A stretch of DNA of 64,000 nt from Negativicoccus succinicivorans. Its GTDB lineage: Bacteria > Bacillota > Negativicutes > Veillonellales > Negativicoccaceae. How positions within the stretch are numbered: the stretch's first letter is position 1; each line of letters begins with the position of its first letter. The translations under genes were made by a program, and so were the position numbers. The notes beneath the pieces were generated by a model that was not told the DNA's origin, did no database searches, and worked only from the letters and a program-made list of their open reading frames with translations. Positions 48,624-57,588 of this stretch are shown piece by piece. The stretch covers positions 85,801 through 149,800 of the forward strand of contig NZ_JAHAJN010000001.1 in NCBI RefSeq assembly GCF_018372215.1. Direction: 5' to 3'.

Positions 48624-49415
48624 ATGAAATTCAAGGAACGATTAGATCTCTTGCTGGTCAATAAAGGTTTCTTTACAAGTCGTGAAAAGGCACGACGTTA
48701 TATTATGACGGGAGATGTCCTGGTGGACGATGTACCGATTGATAAGCCGGGGACGAAAGTCAATTTGACCGCAGCCATTCGTCTGCGCAAGCCGACGCTT
48801 CGCTATGTCGGTCGTGGCGGGCTCAAACTGGAAAAAGGGTTAGAAGTATTTTCATTACTGTTGGATGGTAAAATTATGCTTGATATCGGGGCCTCTACCG
48901 GGGGATTTACCGATTGCGCTCTCCAACATGGGGCGGCGAAAGTGTATGCAGTCGATGTGGGGTATGGGCAGTTGTCATGGTCCTTGCGTAATTCTCCTCA
49001 AGTCGTCAATCTGGAGCGCACTAATATGCGTGACGTTACCGCTGACCTGATTCCGGAGCCGCTCGATTTCATTGGTTGCGATGTTTCATTTATTTCTGTC
49101 ACAAAAATATTGCCGCCTGCATATCCATTATTGAAAGATAGCGGTGATGCTGTGATTTTAATTAAGCCGCAGTTTGAAGCCGGACCGGAAAAAGTAGGTA
49201 AGGGCGGTGTCATTAAATCATCTGCCGTTCATCGCGAAGTGCTGATTAACGTTTTATCGGCCATTGAACAGTTGGGATTTTTCATTTGGGGCTTAACAGA
49301 TTCGCCGATTCACGGAGCAGACGGTAATCGAGAATTTTTAACATGGCTGCGTAAGGAAGTACCGCCATCGAACTTTTTTAATTGGCAACAGACGATCATA
49401 CAGCTGACGCAGTAA
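48624..49415 (+). CDS. tlyA: TlyA family rRNA (cytidine-2'-O)-methyltransferase
   Basis: S4 domain (ERLDLLLVNKGFFTSREKA) plus FtsJ-like MTase (LDIGASTGGFTD). Confidence 0.85.
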   Translation: MKFKERLDLLLVNKGFFTSREKARRYIMTGDVLVDDVPIDKPGTKVNLTAAIRLRKPTLRYVGRGGLKLEKGLEVFSLLLDGKIMLDIGASTGGFTDCALQHGAAKVYAVDVGYGQLSWSLRNSPQVVNLERTNMRDVTADLIPEPLDFIGCDVSFISVTKILPPAYPLLKDSGDAVILIKPQFEAGPEKVGKGGVIKSSAVHREVLINVLSAIEQLGFFIWGLTDSPIHGADGNREFLTWLRKEVPPSNFFNWQQTIIQLTQ

Positions 49416-49431
49416 AGAGAGGTTAATCATT

Positions 49432-50319
49432 ATGCTGGTAGGAATTTTTCCAAATTTATCTAAAAAAAATATAGAGCATCATGTCAATGATTTGTGCCGA
49501 TACTTGAAGAATGCGGATATAGATTTCTACATCATTGATTCTTATCGTGAAGAAGCGCAGCAGCGAGAGTACCATTTCACCGATAATCGCTGGGCTTCCC
49601 TGCAGGAAATGCAGGACTCTATGGATATGGCATTTACGCTCGGAGGCGATGGTACACTAATCAGCGTAGCCAAGTTGTTACTGCCGTATGATATTCCGCT
49701 TTGCGGTGTTAATTTAGGAGAGCTGGGCTTTTTAAATATGATTGAACCGGACGAATTGGATACACGTCTGGAACAAATCAAAGCGGGCGATTATAAAATC
49801 TGGCACCGCAGTCTTTTAGCTTCGGCCATTCTGCACGAAAGCGGTCAAGTTCAGCAGCTTCCCGCCGCCATGAATGAAGTGGTAATCGGTCGCAGCCGAC
49901 CGGGACGTATGGCCAGATTGCGCTTATACGTTAACGACGTGTTTGTAGAAGAGTACCCCGCTGACGGCATTATCGTCTCAACCGCAACCGGTTCTACCGG
50001 TTATGCGCTATCCTGCGGTGGCCCGATCATGCATCCTAATTTAACCAATATGATGGTCATTCCGATTTGTCCGCATCTTTTGAAGAGCTCGCCGCTGATG
50101 CTGAATGCCGATGACGAAGTTACCATCACCATGCCGGAACGGGAACGACACCTATATGCATCCATCGACGGCAACGAATCTTTTTATTTTACGAATGAAA
50201 AAAAGCTTTTGATCACTCGACATCCTAATTCATTACCTTTTGTTTATTTTTCCGATCAAAATTTCTTCCGCTTATTATTCCCCAAATTAACCAAATCTAT
50301 TTATCACGCTGCGCAATAA
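49432..50319 (+). CDS. nadK: NAD(+) kinase
   Basis: GGDGT motif (LGGDGTLIS) and NE..IGR. Confidence 0.9.
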   Translation: MLVGIFPNLSKKNIEHHVNDLCRYLKNADIDFYIIDSYREEAQQREYHFTDNRWASLQEMQDSMDMAFTLGGDGTLISVAKLLLPYDIPLCGVNLGELGFLNMIEPDELDTRLEQIKAGDYKIWHRSLLASAILHESGQVQQLPAAMNEVVIGRSRPGRMARLRLYVNDVFVEEYPADGIIVSTATGSTGYALSCGGPIMHPNLTNMMVIPICPHLLKSSPLMLNADDEVTITMPERERHLYASIDGNESFYFTNEKKLLITRHPNSLPFVYFSDQNFFRLLFPKLTKSIYHAAQ

Positions 50320-50348
50320 TTGCTATAGAATGGACGGGATTTTAGAAC

Positions 50349-50810
50349 ATGAAGAAAAAATATCGTTACGCGAAAATACGGGATATTATTCAAAAAGAAG
50401 TTATTGAAACGCAAGAAGAGTTGGCAGCAGCGCTTGCTGGTGAGGGCGTCAGTGTAACGCAGGCTACGATCTCACGAGATATCAAAGAGCTGATGCTTAT
50501 TAAAGTACCAACGGAAGACGGTCGTTACCGTTATGCGGTTTCCCCCGAGCAGCCGGCATTATTTGCAAAAGATCGGTTTATCAGCTTATTTCAAGTAACT
50601 ATTACCAGTATTCAGTACAGCGGGAATCTGGTCGTAATTCAAACTTTACCCGGCTCTGCCCAAGCAGTTGCCTATGCCTTGGATAATACCGATATTCAGG
50701 AAATTATCGGTACGATTGCAGGGGATGATACTATCCTTTTGGTCGTTGCGGAAGGAAAAGATCCGAAGAAAGTAAAAGATCGTCTGTATTCATTTTTACG
50801 AGAGGCGTGA
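50349..50810 (+). CDS. argR: Arginine repressor
   Basis: Winged-helix N-terminus (ATISRDIKEL) plus oligomerisation/arginine-binding C-terminus (GTIAGDDTIL). Confidence 0.9.
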   Translation: MKKKYRYAKIRDIIQKEVIETQEELAAALAGEGVSVTQATISRDIKELMLIKVPTEDGRYRYAVSPEQPALFAKDRFISLFQVTITSIQYSGNLVVIQTLPGSAQAVAYALDNTDIQEIIGTIAGDDTILLVVAEGKDPKKVKDRLYSFLREA

Positions 50811-50816
50811 GCTGCT

Positions 50817-52499
50817 GTGCTCCAGTCGTTACATATTCGCAATTTTGCGCTCATAGAACAACTGGATATTGAGCTTAAGGAAGGCGTGACGGTTTTTACT
50901 GGAGAAACCGGTGCCGGCAAGTCGATTCTTTTAGATGCGTTGGGAATTGCATTGGGAAATCGCGCTGCTGTCGATTATATCCGAACTGGTACGGAAGAAT
51001 TTTTTGTGACCGCTCAATTTGATGTCATGGGTATGCCTTCCGTTCAAACCTATTGTATTGAACAAAATATACCGCTGGCAGATGACGAGCCATTAATTAT
51101 TTCTAGACGTTTATCACAAAACGGTAAAGGACAAATCTTGGCTAACGGTATGCTCACTTCCTTGCGAACCCTTGCAGGTTTAGGCTCATTATTAGTCGAT
51201 GTTCACGGGCAAAACGACAATTTGAAATTGCAATCCGATCGATACCAGCTGCATGTGCTGGACACCTTCAATCGTGACGGTCGACAACCGGAAGCAATTT
51301 ATCACAAAACCTATCAAACTTGGCAGCAAGCGGTCCAACGTCAGCGTAAATTTTTAGAGCAGGAAGAGGAACGTGAAACACTTCTAGCACGTTTAAATAA
51401 AGAAGTAAGAGAGATCTCTGCCGCTAAAATCAATCCTGAAAAGGATACGGATATCGAAGCGGAAATTAAACGACTGACGCATGCGGAAAAGATCACGGCT
51501 GCATTGCAAATGGCAAGTCAATTATTAAATGCTTCCGGAGGAAGCCTGGAAACAATTTCACAAGCATTAAACGAGCTGCAAAAGGCGAGCAGTTTCGATG
51601 AGGCATTGTTGCCTTCCGTGCAGGCCTTGGAGACTGCTTTTTATAATGTAGAAGAGGTCGCACGTAATTTACAGGAGAGTCTTTATACAATCGAGTACTC
51701 TACGGAGCGATTGGATCAGTTGCAGGAACGGGCCCAGATTTTAAAAGACTTGCGATTAAAATACGGCGATACACTGGAAGAGGTTCTTACTTACCAAGCG
51801 ACCATACAAAAAAAGATTATGGAGCTTGAAAATGCGCAGGAAACCGGTGACGCATTAGCACAAGCTGCAGCGGCCGCTTTTCAAGAGGCTCAGACGGCCA
51901 GAGATGCTTGGAATGAGACGCGATATCGCGCTGCGGCGGAACTAAGCGGAGAAATCGAAATCGCATTGCGCGATTTGGATTTACCGAATGGCAGCTTGTC
52001 ATATTCTCTCATTCCCGGAGATACGTTAACTCCGCAAGGCTTAGCTGAGGCAGAGCTTCTGTTTAGCGCTAATGTCGGTGAGCCGCCAAAACCACTTAGT
52101 GAGGTTGGTTCAGGGGGAGAATTGGCACGAATTTCACTGGCCTTAAAAACGGTTCTTGCGGCGCAAATGGATTTGCCGACGCTTGTTTTGGATGAAATCG
52201 ACGTCGGCATCAGCGGTAATGCGGCGCTACGAGTAGCAGAGCGAATTCATACTCTGGGACAGCATACCCAAGTAATATGCATTACGCATTTAGCACAGAC
52301 CGCAGCGATTGCACAAACGCATTACCACCTTTACAAGGAAAGCAACGGTGGGCGTACCCAAACGCACCTGGTATCGATTCCGGAATCAGAACGCGCGCAG
52401 GAGTTGGCTCGATTAATTGAAGGGGATCAGTTTACGGGTACAACATTAGATACGGTAACGCGCTGGTTGCAGTATTTCCGTGCAAAAAACAAATCATAA
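50817..52499 (+). CDS. recN: DNA repair protein RecN
   Basis: Walker A GETGAGKS, coiled coil, SMC-like C-terminus (LVLDEIDVGISG). 560 aa. Confidence 0.95.
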   Translation: MLQSLHIRNFALIEQLDIELKEGVTVFTGETGAGKSILLDALGIALGNRAAVDYIRTGTEEFFVTAQFDVMGMPSVQTYCIEQNIPLADDEPLIISRRLSQNGKGQILANGMLTSLRTLAGLGSLLVDVHGQNDNLKLQSDRYQLHVLDTFNRDGRQPEAIYHKTYQTWQQAVQRQRKFLEQEEERETLLARLNKEVREISAAKINPEKDTDIEAEIKRLTHAEKITAALQMASQLLNASGGSLETISQALNELQKASSFDEALLPSVQALETAFYNVEEVARNLQESLYTIEYSTERLDQLQERAQILKDLRLKYGDTLEEVLTYQATIQKKIMELENAQETGDALAQAAAAAFQEAQTARDAWNETRYRAAAELSGEIEIALRDLDLPNGSLSYSLIPGDTLTPQGLAEAELLFSANVGEPPKPLSEVGSGGELARISLALKTVLAAQMDLPTLVLDEIDVGISGNAALRVAERIHTLGQHTQVICITHLAQTAAIAQTHYHLYKESNGGRTQTHLVSIPESERAQELARLIEGDQFTGTTLDTVTRWLQYFRAKNKS

Positions 52500-52509
52500 G
52501 CACCTGCTA

Positions 52510-52540
52510 AAAAAGCGAAACATTGTTTTCGCTTTTTTGC
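52510..52540 (+). terminator. Rho-independent terminator after recN (aagcgaaa...tttcgctt followed by a T-run)
   Basis: Hairpin plus TTTTTT. Confidence 0.55.
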
Positions 52541-52596
52541 TTTCATTTTTATTTACGAATTACCTTTGTATACAAGGATTTTACACATAAAATCTA

Positions 52597-52605
52597 TGTT
52601 ATAAT
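52597..52605 (+). promoter_or_regulatory. Extended -10 (TGtTATAAT) of the putative dapB-asd-dapA promoter
   Basis: Sits about 40 nt upstream of the dapB start in an AT-rich gap. Confidence 0.4.
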
Positions 52606-52645
52606 ATAGTATAAATGAGAAATAATCATGAATGAGGTGACAATT

Positions 52646-53437
52646 ATGACCACTGTTTTAGTTTGCGGTGCCGGAGGACGTATGGGCCGCGAGGTGGTAA
52701 ATGCGGTTTGGCAAGATTCGGAATTGCAATTGGTCGGTGCCGTAGACGTGTCCAATGCGGGTATGCCGGTAGCGGAAATTGTCAATAATGATGATTGCCA
52801 AGTAGTAATTATGGATGATTTACAAGCTGCATTGGAGGCAACAAGCCCCGATGTAGTTGTCGATTTTACAAGTCCGAAAGTTGTTTTTGAAAATGCCAAA
52901 ACGACGTTACGGTATGGAGCCAATATCGTCATCGGAACGACCGGTCTCACTGCTGATGAACGCGATGCATTAGCCAAAATCGCCAGTGAAAAGAGAGTAG
53001 GCGTTTTAGTGGCACCTAATTTTTCGCTCGGCGCGGTACTATTGATGCAGGCCAGTGAACTGATGGCAAAATACCTTCCGAATGCGGAAATCATTGAGTT
53101 GCATCATAATCAAAAATACGACGCGCCTTCCGGAACCGCGCGTCTTACTGCAGAAAAAATTGCCAAGGCAAGAACGCTGGCACCGGCTCTCGACAAAACG
53201 CAGGAAAGTTTAGCAGGTGCGCGTGGTGGTGTCGTTGAGGATGTACATATCCATAGCGTTCGTTTGCCAGGTTACGTTGCCCATCAGGAAGTTCTTTTCG
53301 GCGGTACCGGCGAAATCGTTACCTTGCGTCACGATTCGTTAGATCGTAAATCATTTATGCCGGGAGTCCTGCTTGCTTGTAAAAAGATCAGTCAATTTCC
53401 GGGTCTGACATATGGTTTGGAACATTATCTGGGATAG
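52646..53437 (+). CDS. dapB: 4-hydroxy-tetrahydrodipicolinate reductase
   Basis: VLVCGAGGRMG NAD(P)-binding motif. ATG 52646 follows a GAGGTG RBS. ATG 52628 is an alternative. Confidence 0.9.
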   Translation: MTTVLVCGAGGRMGREVVNAVWQDSELQLVGAVDVSNAGMPVAEIVNNDDCQVVIMDDLQAALEATSPDVVVDFTSPKVVFENAKTTLRYGANIVIGTTGLTADERDALAKIASEKRVGVLVAPNFSLGAVLLMQASELMAKYLPNAEIIELHHNQKYDAPSGTARLTAEKIAKARTLAPALDKTQESLAGARGGVVEDVHIHSVRLPGYVAHQEVLFGGTGEIVTLRHDSLDRKSFMPGVLLACKKISQFPGLTYGLEHYLG

Positions 53438-53448
53438 GGAGGTCGTCC

Positions 53449-54483
53449 ATGATCAGTAACGCACGTGTTGCTATTTTAGGCGCTACCGGCGCAGTAGGAC
53501 AGGAATTTATTAAGCTTATTGAAGAACGCAATTTTCCATATAGCGAATTAAAACTGTTGGCATCGAAACGTTCGGCCGGTAAGGAGCTTACCGTAAAAGG
53601 TAAAAAAATTATCGTAGAAGAAGCCACTCCTGATTCTTTTAATGATATCGATATCGCTCTTTTTGCCGGCGGCGGCGTCAGCAAGACCCTTGCTCCGGAA
53701 GCGGCAGAACGCGGCGCCATTGTCATTGATAATTCGAGTACATTTCGGATGGATCCCAATGTACCTTTGGTCATTCCTGAAATTAATCCGGAGGACGTCA
53801 AAGCGCAACAAGGCATCATTGCCAACCCGAATTGCTCAACCATTATTATGTTGATGGCCTTGAAGCCGATTCATGATTTATCGCCGATTAAGGAAATTGT
53901 CGTCAGTACTTATCAAGCGGTATCCGGTGCCGGCAAAGAAGGCATGGAAGAATTGACAAAACAGGTGGAAGCTATCGTTAACGGCGAAGAGCCGCAAGCG
54001 AATTATTTACCGGTTGCCAGCCTCGATACCCATTACCAGATCGCCTATAATTTGATTCCGCAAATTGATGTCTTTTTGGATAACGACTACACCAAGGAAG
54101 AAATGAAAATGGTCAATGAAGTGCATAAGGTTCTGCACGATGACACCATTGCGGTATCGCCGACCACGGTACGGGTACCGGTCATGCGTAGCCATGCCAT
54201 GTCGGTTCGTGTGAAAACGGAGAAACCGTTAGAAGTTGCCGCTGTGCGAGAGGTATTGAGCGCGATGCCGGGCGTCGTCGTCTGTGATGACCCGCAGCAG
54301 ATGCAATATCCGATGCCGTTGGATACTTCTTTTAAAAACGATGTCAGCGTCGGGCGCCTGCGCAAAGACTTGTACGATCCCAATGCACTAAATCTGTGGA
54401 TTTCCGGCGACCAGATTCGTAAAGGAGCCGCTTTAAATACACTGCAGATTGCGGAATACATTTTGGAAAACGATTTATTATGA
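53449..54483 (+). CDS. asd: Aspartate-semialdehyde dehydrogenase
   Basis: VAILGATGAVGQ motif and the active-site Cys in NPNCSTI. Confidence 0.95.
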   Translation: MISNARVAILGATGAVGQEFIKLIEERNFPYSELKLLASKRSAGKELTVKGKKIIVEEATPDSFNDIDIALFAGGGVSKTLAPEAAERGAIVIDNSSTFRMDPNVPLVIPEINPEDVKAQQGIIANPNCSTIIMLMALKPIHDLSPIKEIVVSTYQAVSGAGKEGMEELTKQVEAIVNGEEPQANYLPVASLDTHYQIAYNLIPQIDVFLDNDYTKEEMKMVNEVHKVLHDDTIAVSPTTVRVPVMRSHAMSVRVKTEKPLEVAAVREVLSAMPGVVVCDDPQQMQYPMPLDTSFKNDVSVGRLRKDLYDPNALNLWISGDQIRKGAALNTLQIAEYILENDLL

Positions 54484-54499
54484 GTAAAGGAGCGGTGTC

Positions 54500-55384
54500 A
54501 TGAAGTCATTTGGAGCTGTTTTAACGGCAATGATTACGCCATTTACAGAAACCGGAGAAGTCGATTATCAAGCAAGCGCTCAGCTCGCCCGCTATTTAGT
54601 TGCCCATGGTTCGGACGGACTGGTCATTTGCGGGAGCACCGGTGAAGGGGCCGTAATGACTGCGGAAGAAAAGTTGAAGCTCTTCGCCACGATTCGTGAA
54701 GCAGTCGGTCCGGAAATATTTTTAGTTGCCAATACCGGCTCAAATAATACGCAACAATCTGTAGCATTTACAAAAGAAGCCGAAAAAACTGGGGTAAATG
54801 CCTGTATGGCTGTCGTACCGTATTATAATAAGCCGACACAGGAAGGTTGCTACCAACATTTTGCGGCGATTGCACAAAGCACCTCTTTGCCGATCATTTT
54901 ATACAATGTACCGGGACGCACCGCCTCGCAAGTGACACCGGAAACAGTTGCCCGTCTGGCCAACGAATTTTCGAATATTGTTGCGGTCAAAGAAGCGAGC
55001 GGAAATCTGAATCAAGTTTCCGAAATTGCACGGCTTTGTCCGGAAGGATTTCTGATTTACAGCGGTGATGATTCTTTGACGTTACCGATTTTAGCTGTGG
55101 GTGGTTGTGGCGTAATCAGTGTCGCCGGTCACCTCGTCGGCGAACAGTTAAACCAAATGGTCACCTCATTCCTGACCGGTGATGTACAAAAGGCACAACA
55201 AATTCATTATCAATTGCTACCGATCATGAAGAAGCTTTTCTTCATATCCAATCCGATTCCGGTGAAAGAAGCGGTGAGTATGATCGGTTTGCCGGCCGGT
55301 GAATTCCGTTTGCCGTTGGTACATGCGAATGAAAAAGAAAAAGCGTTTATTCGTGAATTTTTGAACGACTACGATCTTTGCTAA
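54500..55384 (+). CDS. dapA: 4-hydroxy-tetrahydrodipicolinate synthase
   Basis: TAMITPF...GSTGEG motif and the Schiff-base Lys region. Confidence 0.95.
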   Translation: MKSFGAVLTAMITPFTETGEVDYQASAQLARYLVAHGSDGLVICGSTGEGAVMTAEEKLKLFATIREAVGPEIFLVANTGSNNTQQSVAFTKEAEKTGVNACMAVVPYYNKPTQEGCYQHFAAIAQSTSLPIILYNVPGRTASQVTPETVARLANEFSNIVAVKEASGNLNQVSEIARLCPEGFLIYSGDDSLTLPILAVGGCGVISVAGHLVGEQLNQMVTSFLTGDVQKAQQIHYQLLPIMKKLFFISNPIPVKEAVSMIGLPAGEFRLPLVHANEKEKAFIREFLNDYDLC

Positions 55385-55385
55385 T

Positions 55386-55412
55386 AAAAAAGAGCCTAAG
55401 GCTCTTTTTTTA
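55386..55412. terminator. Bidirectional terminator between dapA and lexA (aaaaagagcc taa ggctcttttt)
   Basis: Perfect stem flanked by an A-run and a T-run. Confidence 0.65.
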
Positions 55413-55414
55413 TT

Positions 55415-56041
55415 TCAATTATATTTTCGATATACCCCGATCACGCGTCCGACGATTTTCACATCTTGGCTGATGATAGGTTCATATGCATTATTTTCAG
55501 GCTGCAGACGTATATGATCCGACTCTTTATAAAACCGTTTTACCGTCGCTTCCTCGTCACCGACCATAGCGACCACAATATCACCATTTTCCGCATTCGG
55601 CTGCTCTTTAACGAAAAGCACGTCACCTTCCAAAATACCGGCATCCATCATACTGTCGCCTTGCACTTCCAACATAAATGCCGAATCGCTGCCAATGAAT
55701 TGAAGAGGAAAGGGGTAGACATCTTCTACATTTTGCTCCGCAGTAGCTGGTAGACCGGCATGAACATTACCTATCAAGGGAATTGGGGTCAATTCTTTTT
55801 GGCGCCATTCATCTTCCTCAATCAACATAATGGAACGATTTTGCGAAGGCTCACGGCGAATATAACCGGCTTTTTCCAAACCATCGAGATATCCTTGTAC
55901 GGTAGAAGGAGACTTCACACCAATCGCTCGTGCAATGTCACGAACGGAAGGGACATAACCGTTACGGTGGGTAAAATCACGAATATATTCCAGCACATCT
56001 TTTTGACGTGTCGTTAACTGCGGACGTTGGTTGTTTGTCAT
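55415..56041 (-). CDS. lexA: LexA repressor
   Basis: HTH N-terminus (LTTRQKDVLEYI), Ala-Gly cleavage site, S24 peptidase Ser/Lys dyad. 208 aa. Confidence 0.95.
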   Translation of the reverse strand: MTNNQRPQLTTRQKDVLEYIRDFTHRNGYVPSVRDIARAIGVKSPSTVQGYLDGLEKAGYIRREPSQNRSIMLIEEDEWRQKELTPIPLIGNVHAGLPATAEQNVEDVYPFPLQFIGSDSAFMLEVQGDSMMDAGILEGDVLFVKEQPNAENGDIVVAMVGDEEATVKRFYKESDHIRLQPENNAYEPIISQDVKIVGRVIGVYRKYN

Positions 56042-56087
56042 GGAATCACATCCTTTCTTGCATTATAACAAAATTTTCTCAGATAGG

Positions 56088-56099
56088 AAACAAATGTTC
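56088..56099. promoter_or_regulatory. LexA box 1 (AAACAAATGTTC; one mismatch to the GAAC-N4-GTTC Cheo box)
   Basis: Lies in the lexA / yneA-like divergent intergenic region. Confidence 0.6.
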
Positions 56100-56108
56100 G
56101 AATTATAC

Positions 56109-56137
56109 TCGACAGAACGTTTGTTCGGTAGTATGAT
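56109..56137 (+). promoter_or_regulatory. Putative sigma-A promoter of the yneA-like gene (TCGACA, 17 bp, TATGAT), overlapped by LexA box 2
   Basis: Hexamers and spacing read directly. Confidence 0.4.
56115..56126. promoter_or_regulatory. LexA box 2 (GAACGTTTGTTC, followed by G), located in the spacer of the putative yneA-like promoter
   Basis: Perfect GAAC-N4-GTTC. Confidence 0.75.
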
Positions 56138-56150
56138 GAATCTAATAAAA

Positions 56151-56162
56151 GAACAAATGTTC
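56151..56162. promoter_or_regulatory. LexA box 3 (GAACAAATGTTC, followed by G)
   Basis: Perfect GAAC-N4-GTTC, 12 nt upstream of the yneA-like start codon. Confidence 0.75.
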
Positions 56163-56173
56163 GCTTTGGGGAT

Positions 56174-56500
56174 GTGAATATTATGACAAAAACAATGGGC
56201 AACATTTTTATGGAATTAGGCATTTTAATAATTCTTGTCGTCGCAGGTCTGATGTACTTTATGAGCAGTAAACCTGCTTCACAAGTATATTATCAACCGA
56301 TTCGCATTCAGACCGGTGATACATTATGGAAGATTGCTTCCCAATATGCACCGGCGCATAAAGATATTCGTGAGGTCGTGTATGAAATTCAAAGCTATAA
56401 TCATTTAGTTGATGCCGGTACATTGCGGCCGGGGATGATTATTCATATTCCAGTAGAATCATCTTCCATTAATGACGAAATAAACATTGCCGCAAAATAA
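56174..56500 (+). CDS. yneA: YneA-like SOS-induced cell-division inhibitor (N-terminal TM helix plus C-terminal LysM domain)
   Basis: 108 aa: TM segment ELGILIILVVAGLMYF followed by LysM (YQPIRIQTGDTLWKIASQY...GTLRPGMIIHIP). Divergent from lexA with Cheo boxes, as yneA is in Bacillus. Confidence 0.7.
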   Translation: MNIMTKTMGNIFMELGILIILVVAGLMYFMSSKPASQVYYQPIRIQTGDTLWKIASQYAPAHKDIREVVYEIQSYNHLVDAGTLRPGMIIHIPVESSSINDEINIAAK

Positions 56501-56530
56501 AAAACAGTGCTTAGCACTGTTTTTTTATTT
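56501..56530. terminator. Bidirectional terminator (aaaaacagtgc tta gcactgttttttt)
   Basis: Perfect 7 to 9-bp stem, A-run before and T-run after, between convergent genes. Confidence 0.65.
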
Positions 56531-57505
56531 ACTGCTGAACATATCGCGCAACGGGTTATGTTCAAATCGATCTGCTTCATTAATGTAATGTCGTACCATT
56601 TCAACGGAATGATGTCGCGTCTGCTGCATAATACGCCGCTCCTCAATGCCGGCCAATGCAGCCGATGTGGCAAAGCCGTGGCGTAAGCTGTGCGCCCCGT
56701 AGTCCGCCGGATCCAAACCGATTTTTTCTACCCAACGCTTGACGATACGATTGACCATCTGATCGGAAAGCGCATTTTTACGTAGTTTTCCCGTTTTAGT
56801 CGGTGAGCGAAAAACCGGTCCGGAGGTAATTTTGGTTCGAGATAGCCAGCTTTTTAAGGTCGTGACCGGACATAATTCTTTTTGCGTTAAATTCGGTAAG
56901 GCAACAATATTACCTTCACCTTCCTGGTCGGCCTTGGAGCGGGGAATAAAGATTTCAATACCTTGCCGCACAAAATGAACATCTTCACATCGTATAGAAC
57001 TTAATTCGCTTCTGCGAAATGCTCCCATAAAACCGATTACAAGAACCGTTTTATCTAAATGCTGGGTAAGATCTTTAACATCCATCATTTGCACGATAGC
57101 TTCTAAATCTTCTTTTAAAAGCGGTGATTTACCCTGCTGATAGGTACCGATTTTACGGCGAATACCTTTCATCGCTGCCTTTACTAACGGAGATAGGCAG
57201 GGATTATCTTTAATCAAACCGCCTGCCGTAAAATTTTCCGATAGAGCGCTTACACGGCGGGCGATGGTATTTGCTTTCGCATAAGCGGATAAATCATGTA
57301 TATAATTGACAATCGTCTCAGGAGTCGCAGGAAAAAAGTGAATGCCGCGATAATTGCACCAATCACAGAAGTCCGACCAATCTGATTCATAGGCATCAAT
57401 TGTCGAGTGCGACTTTTCCAACGTAAATAACTCCTTACTTCCGGAAGAAAGCAAAGAATTGTTTTGAATTCGTTGATTATCCCGTAAATAGAAGTGTTTC
57501 GCCAT
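56525..57505 (-). CDS. Tyrosine-type site-specific recombinase (XerC/XerD/integrase family)
   Basis: 326 aa. SAM-like N-terminal core-binding domain. C-terminal catalytic motifs: R in ...FRRSEL..., HSLRHGFAT, then R..HHSVEMVRHY with the Tyr nucleophile. Confidence 0.8.
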   Translation of the reverse strand: MAKHFYLRDNQRIQNNSLLSSGSKELFTLEKSHSTIDAYESDWSDFCDWCNYRGIHFFPATPETIVNYIHDLSAYAKANTIARRVSALSENFTAGGLIKDNPCLSPLVKAAMKGIRRKIGTYQQGKSPLLKEDLEAIVQMMDVKDLTQHLDKTVLVIGFMGAFRRSELSSIRCEDVHFVRQGIEIFIPRSKADQEGEGNIVALPNLTQKELCPVTTLKSWLSRTKITSGPVFRSPTKTGKLRKNALSDQMVNRIVKRWVEKIGLDPADYGAHSLRHGFATSAALAGIEERRIMQQTRHHSVEMVRHYINEADRFEHNPLRDMFSSK

Positions 57506-57523
57506 AATACACCACCAAAAAAG

Positions 57524-57572
57524 GCCTATAATAAATAACGATAATTTAACATTATCGTTATTTATTATAGGC
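57524..57572 (-). terminator. 22-bp perfect inverted repeat (gcctataataaataacgataat ttaac attatcgttatttattataggc). On the minus strand it is followed by TTTTTT, giving an intrinsic terminator for the upstream minus-strand operon that ends in mtaD.
   Basis: Both arms are exact reverse complements. A T6 run lies on the minus strand immediately downstream. Confidence 0.6.
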
Positions 57573-57588
57573 TATCACATTTTATTGC

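Noticed and set aside
57524-57572. 22-bp perfect inverted repeat as a dif or att recombination site for the adjacent tyrosine recombinase
   Set aside because: The geometry (22-bp arms, 5-nt loop) does not fit Xer dif sites (about 11-bp arms, 6 to 8-bp spacer). On the minus strand it is followed by T6, making an intrinsic terminator for the mtaD operon the simpler explanation. It is kept as a low-probability alternative in the findings.
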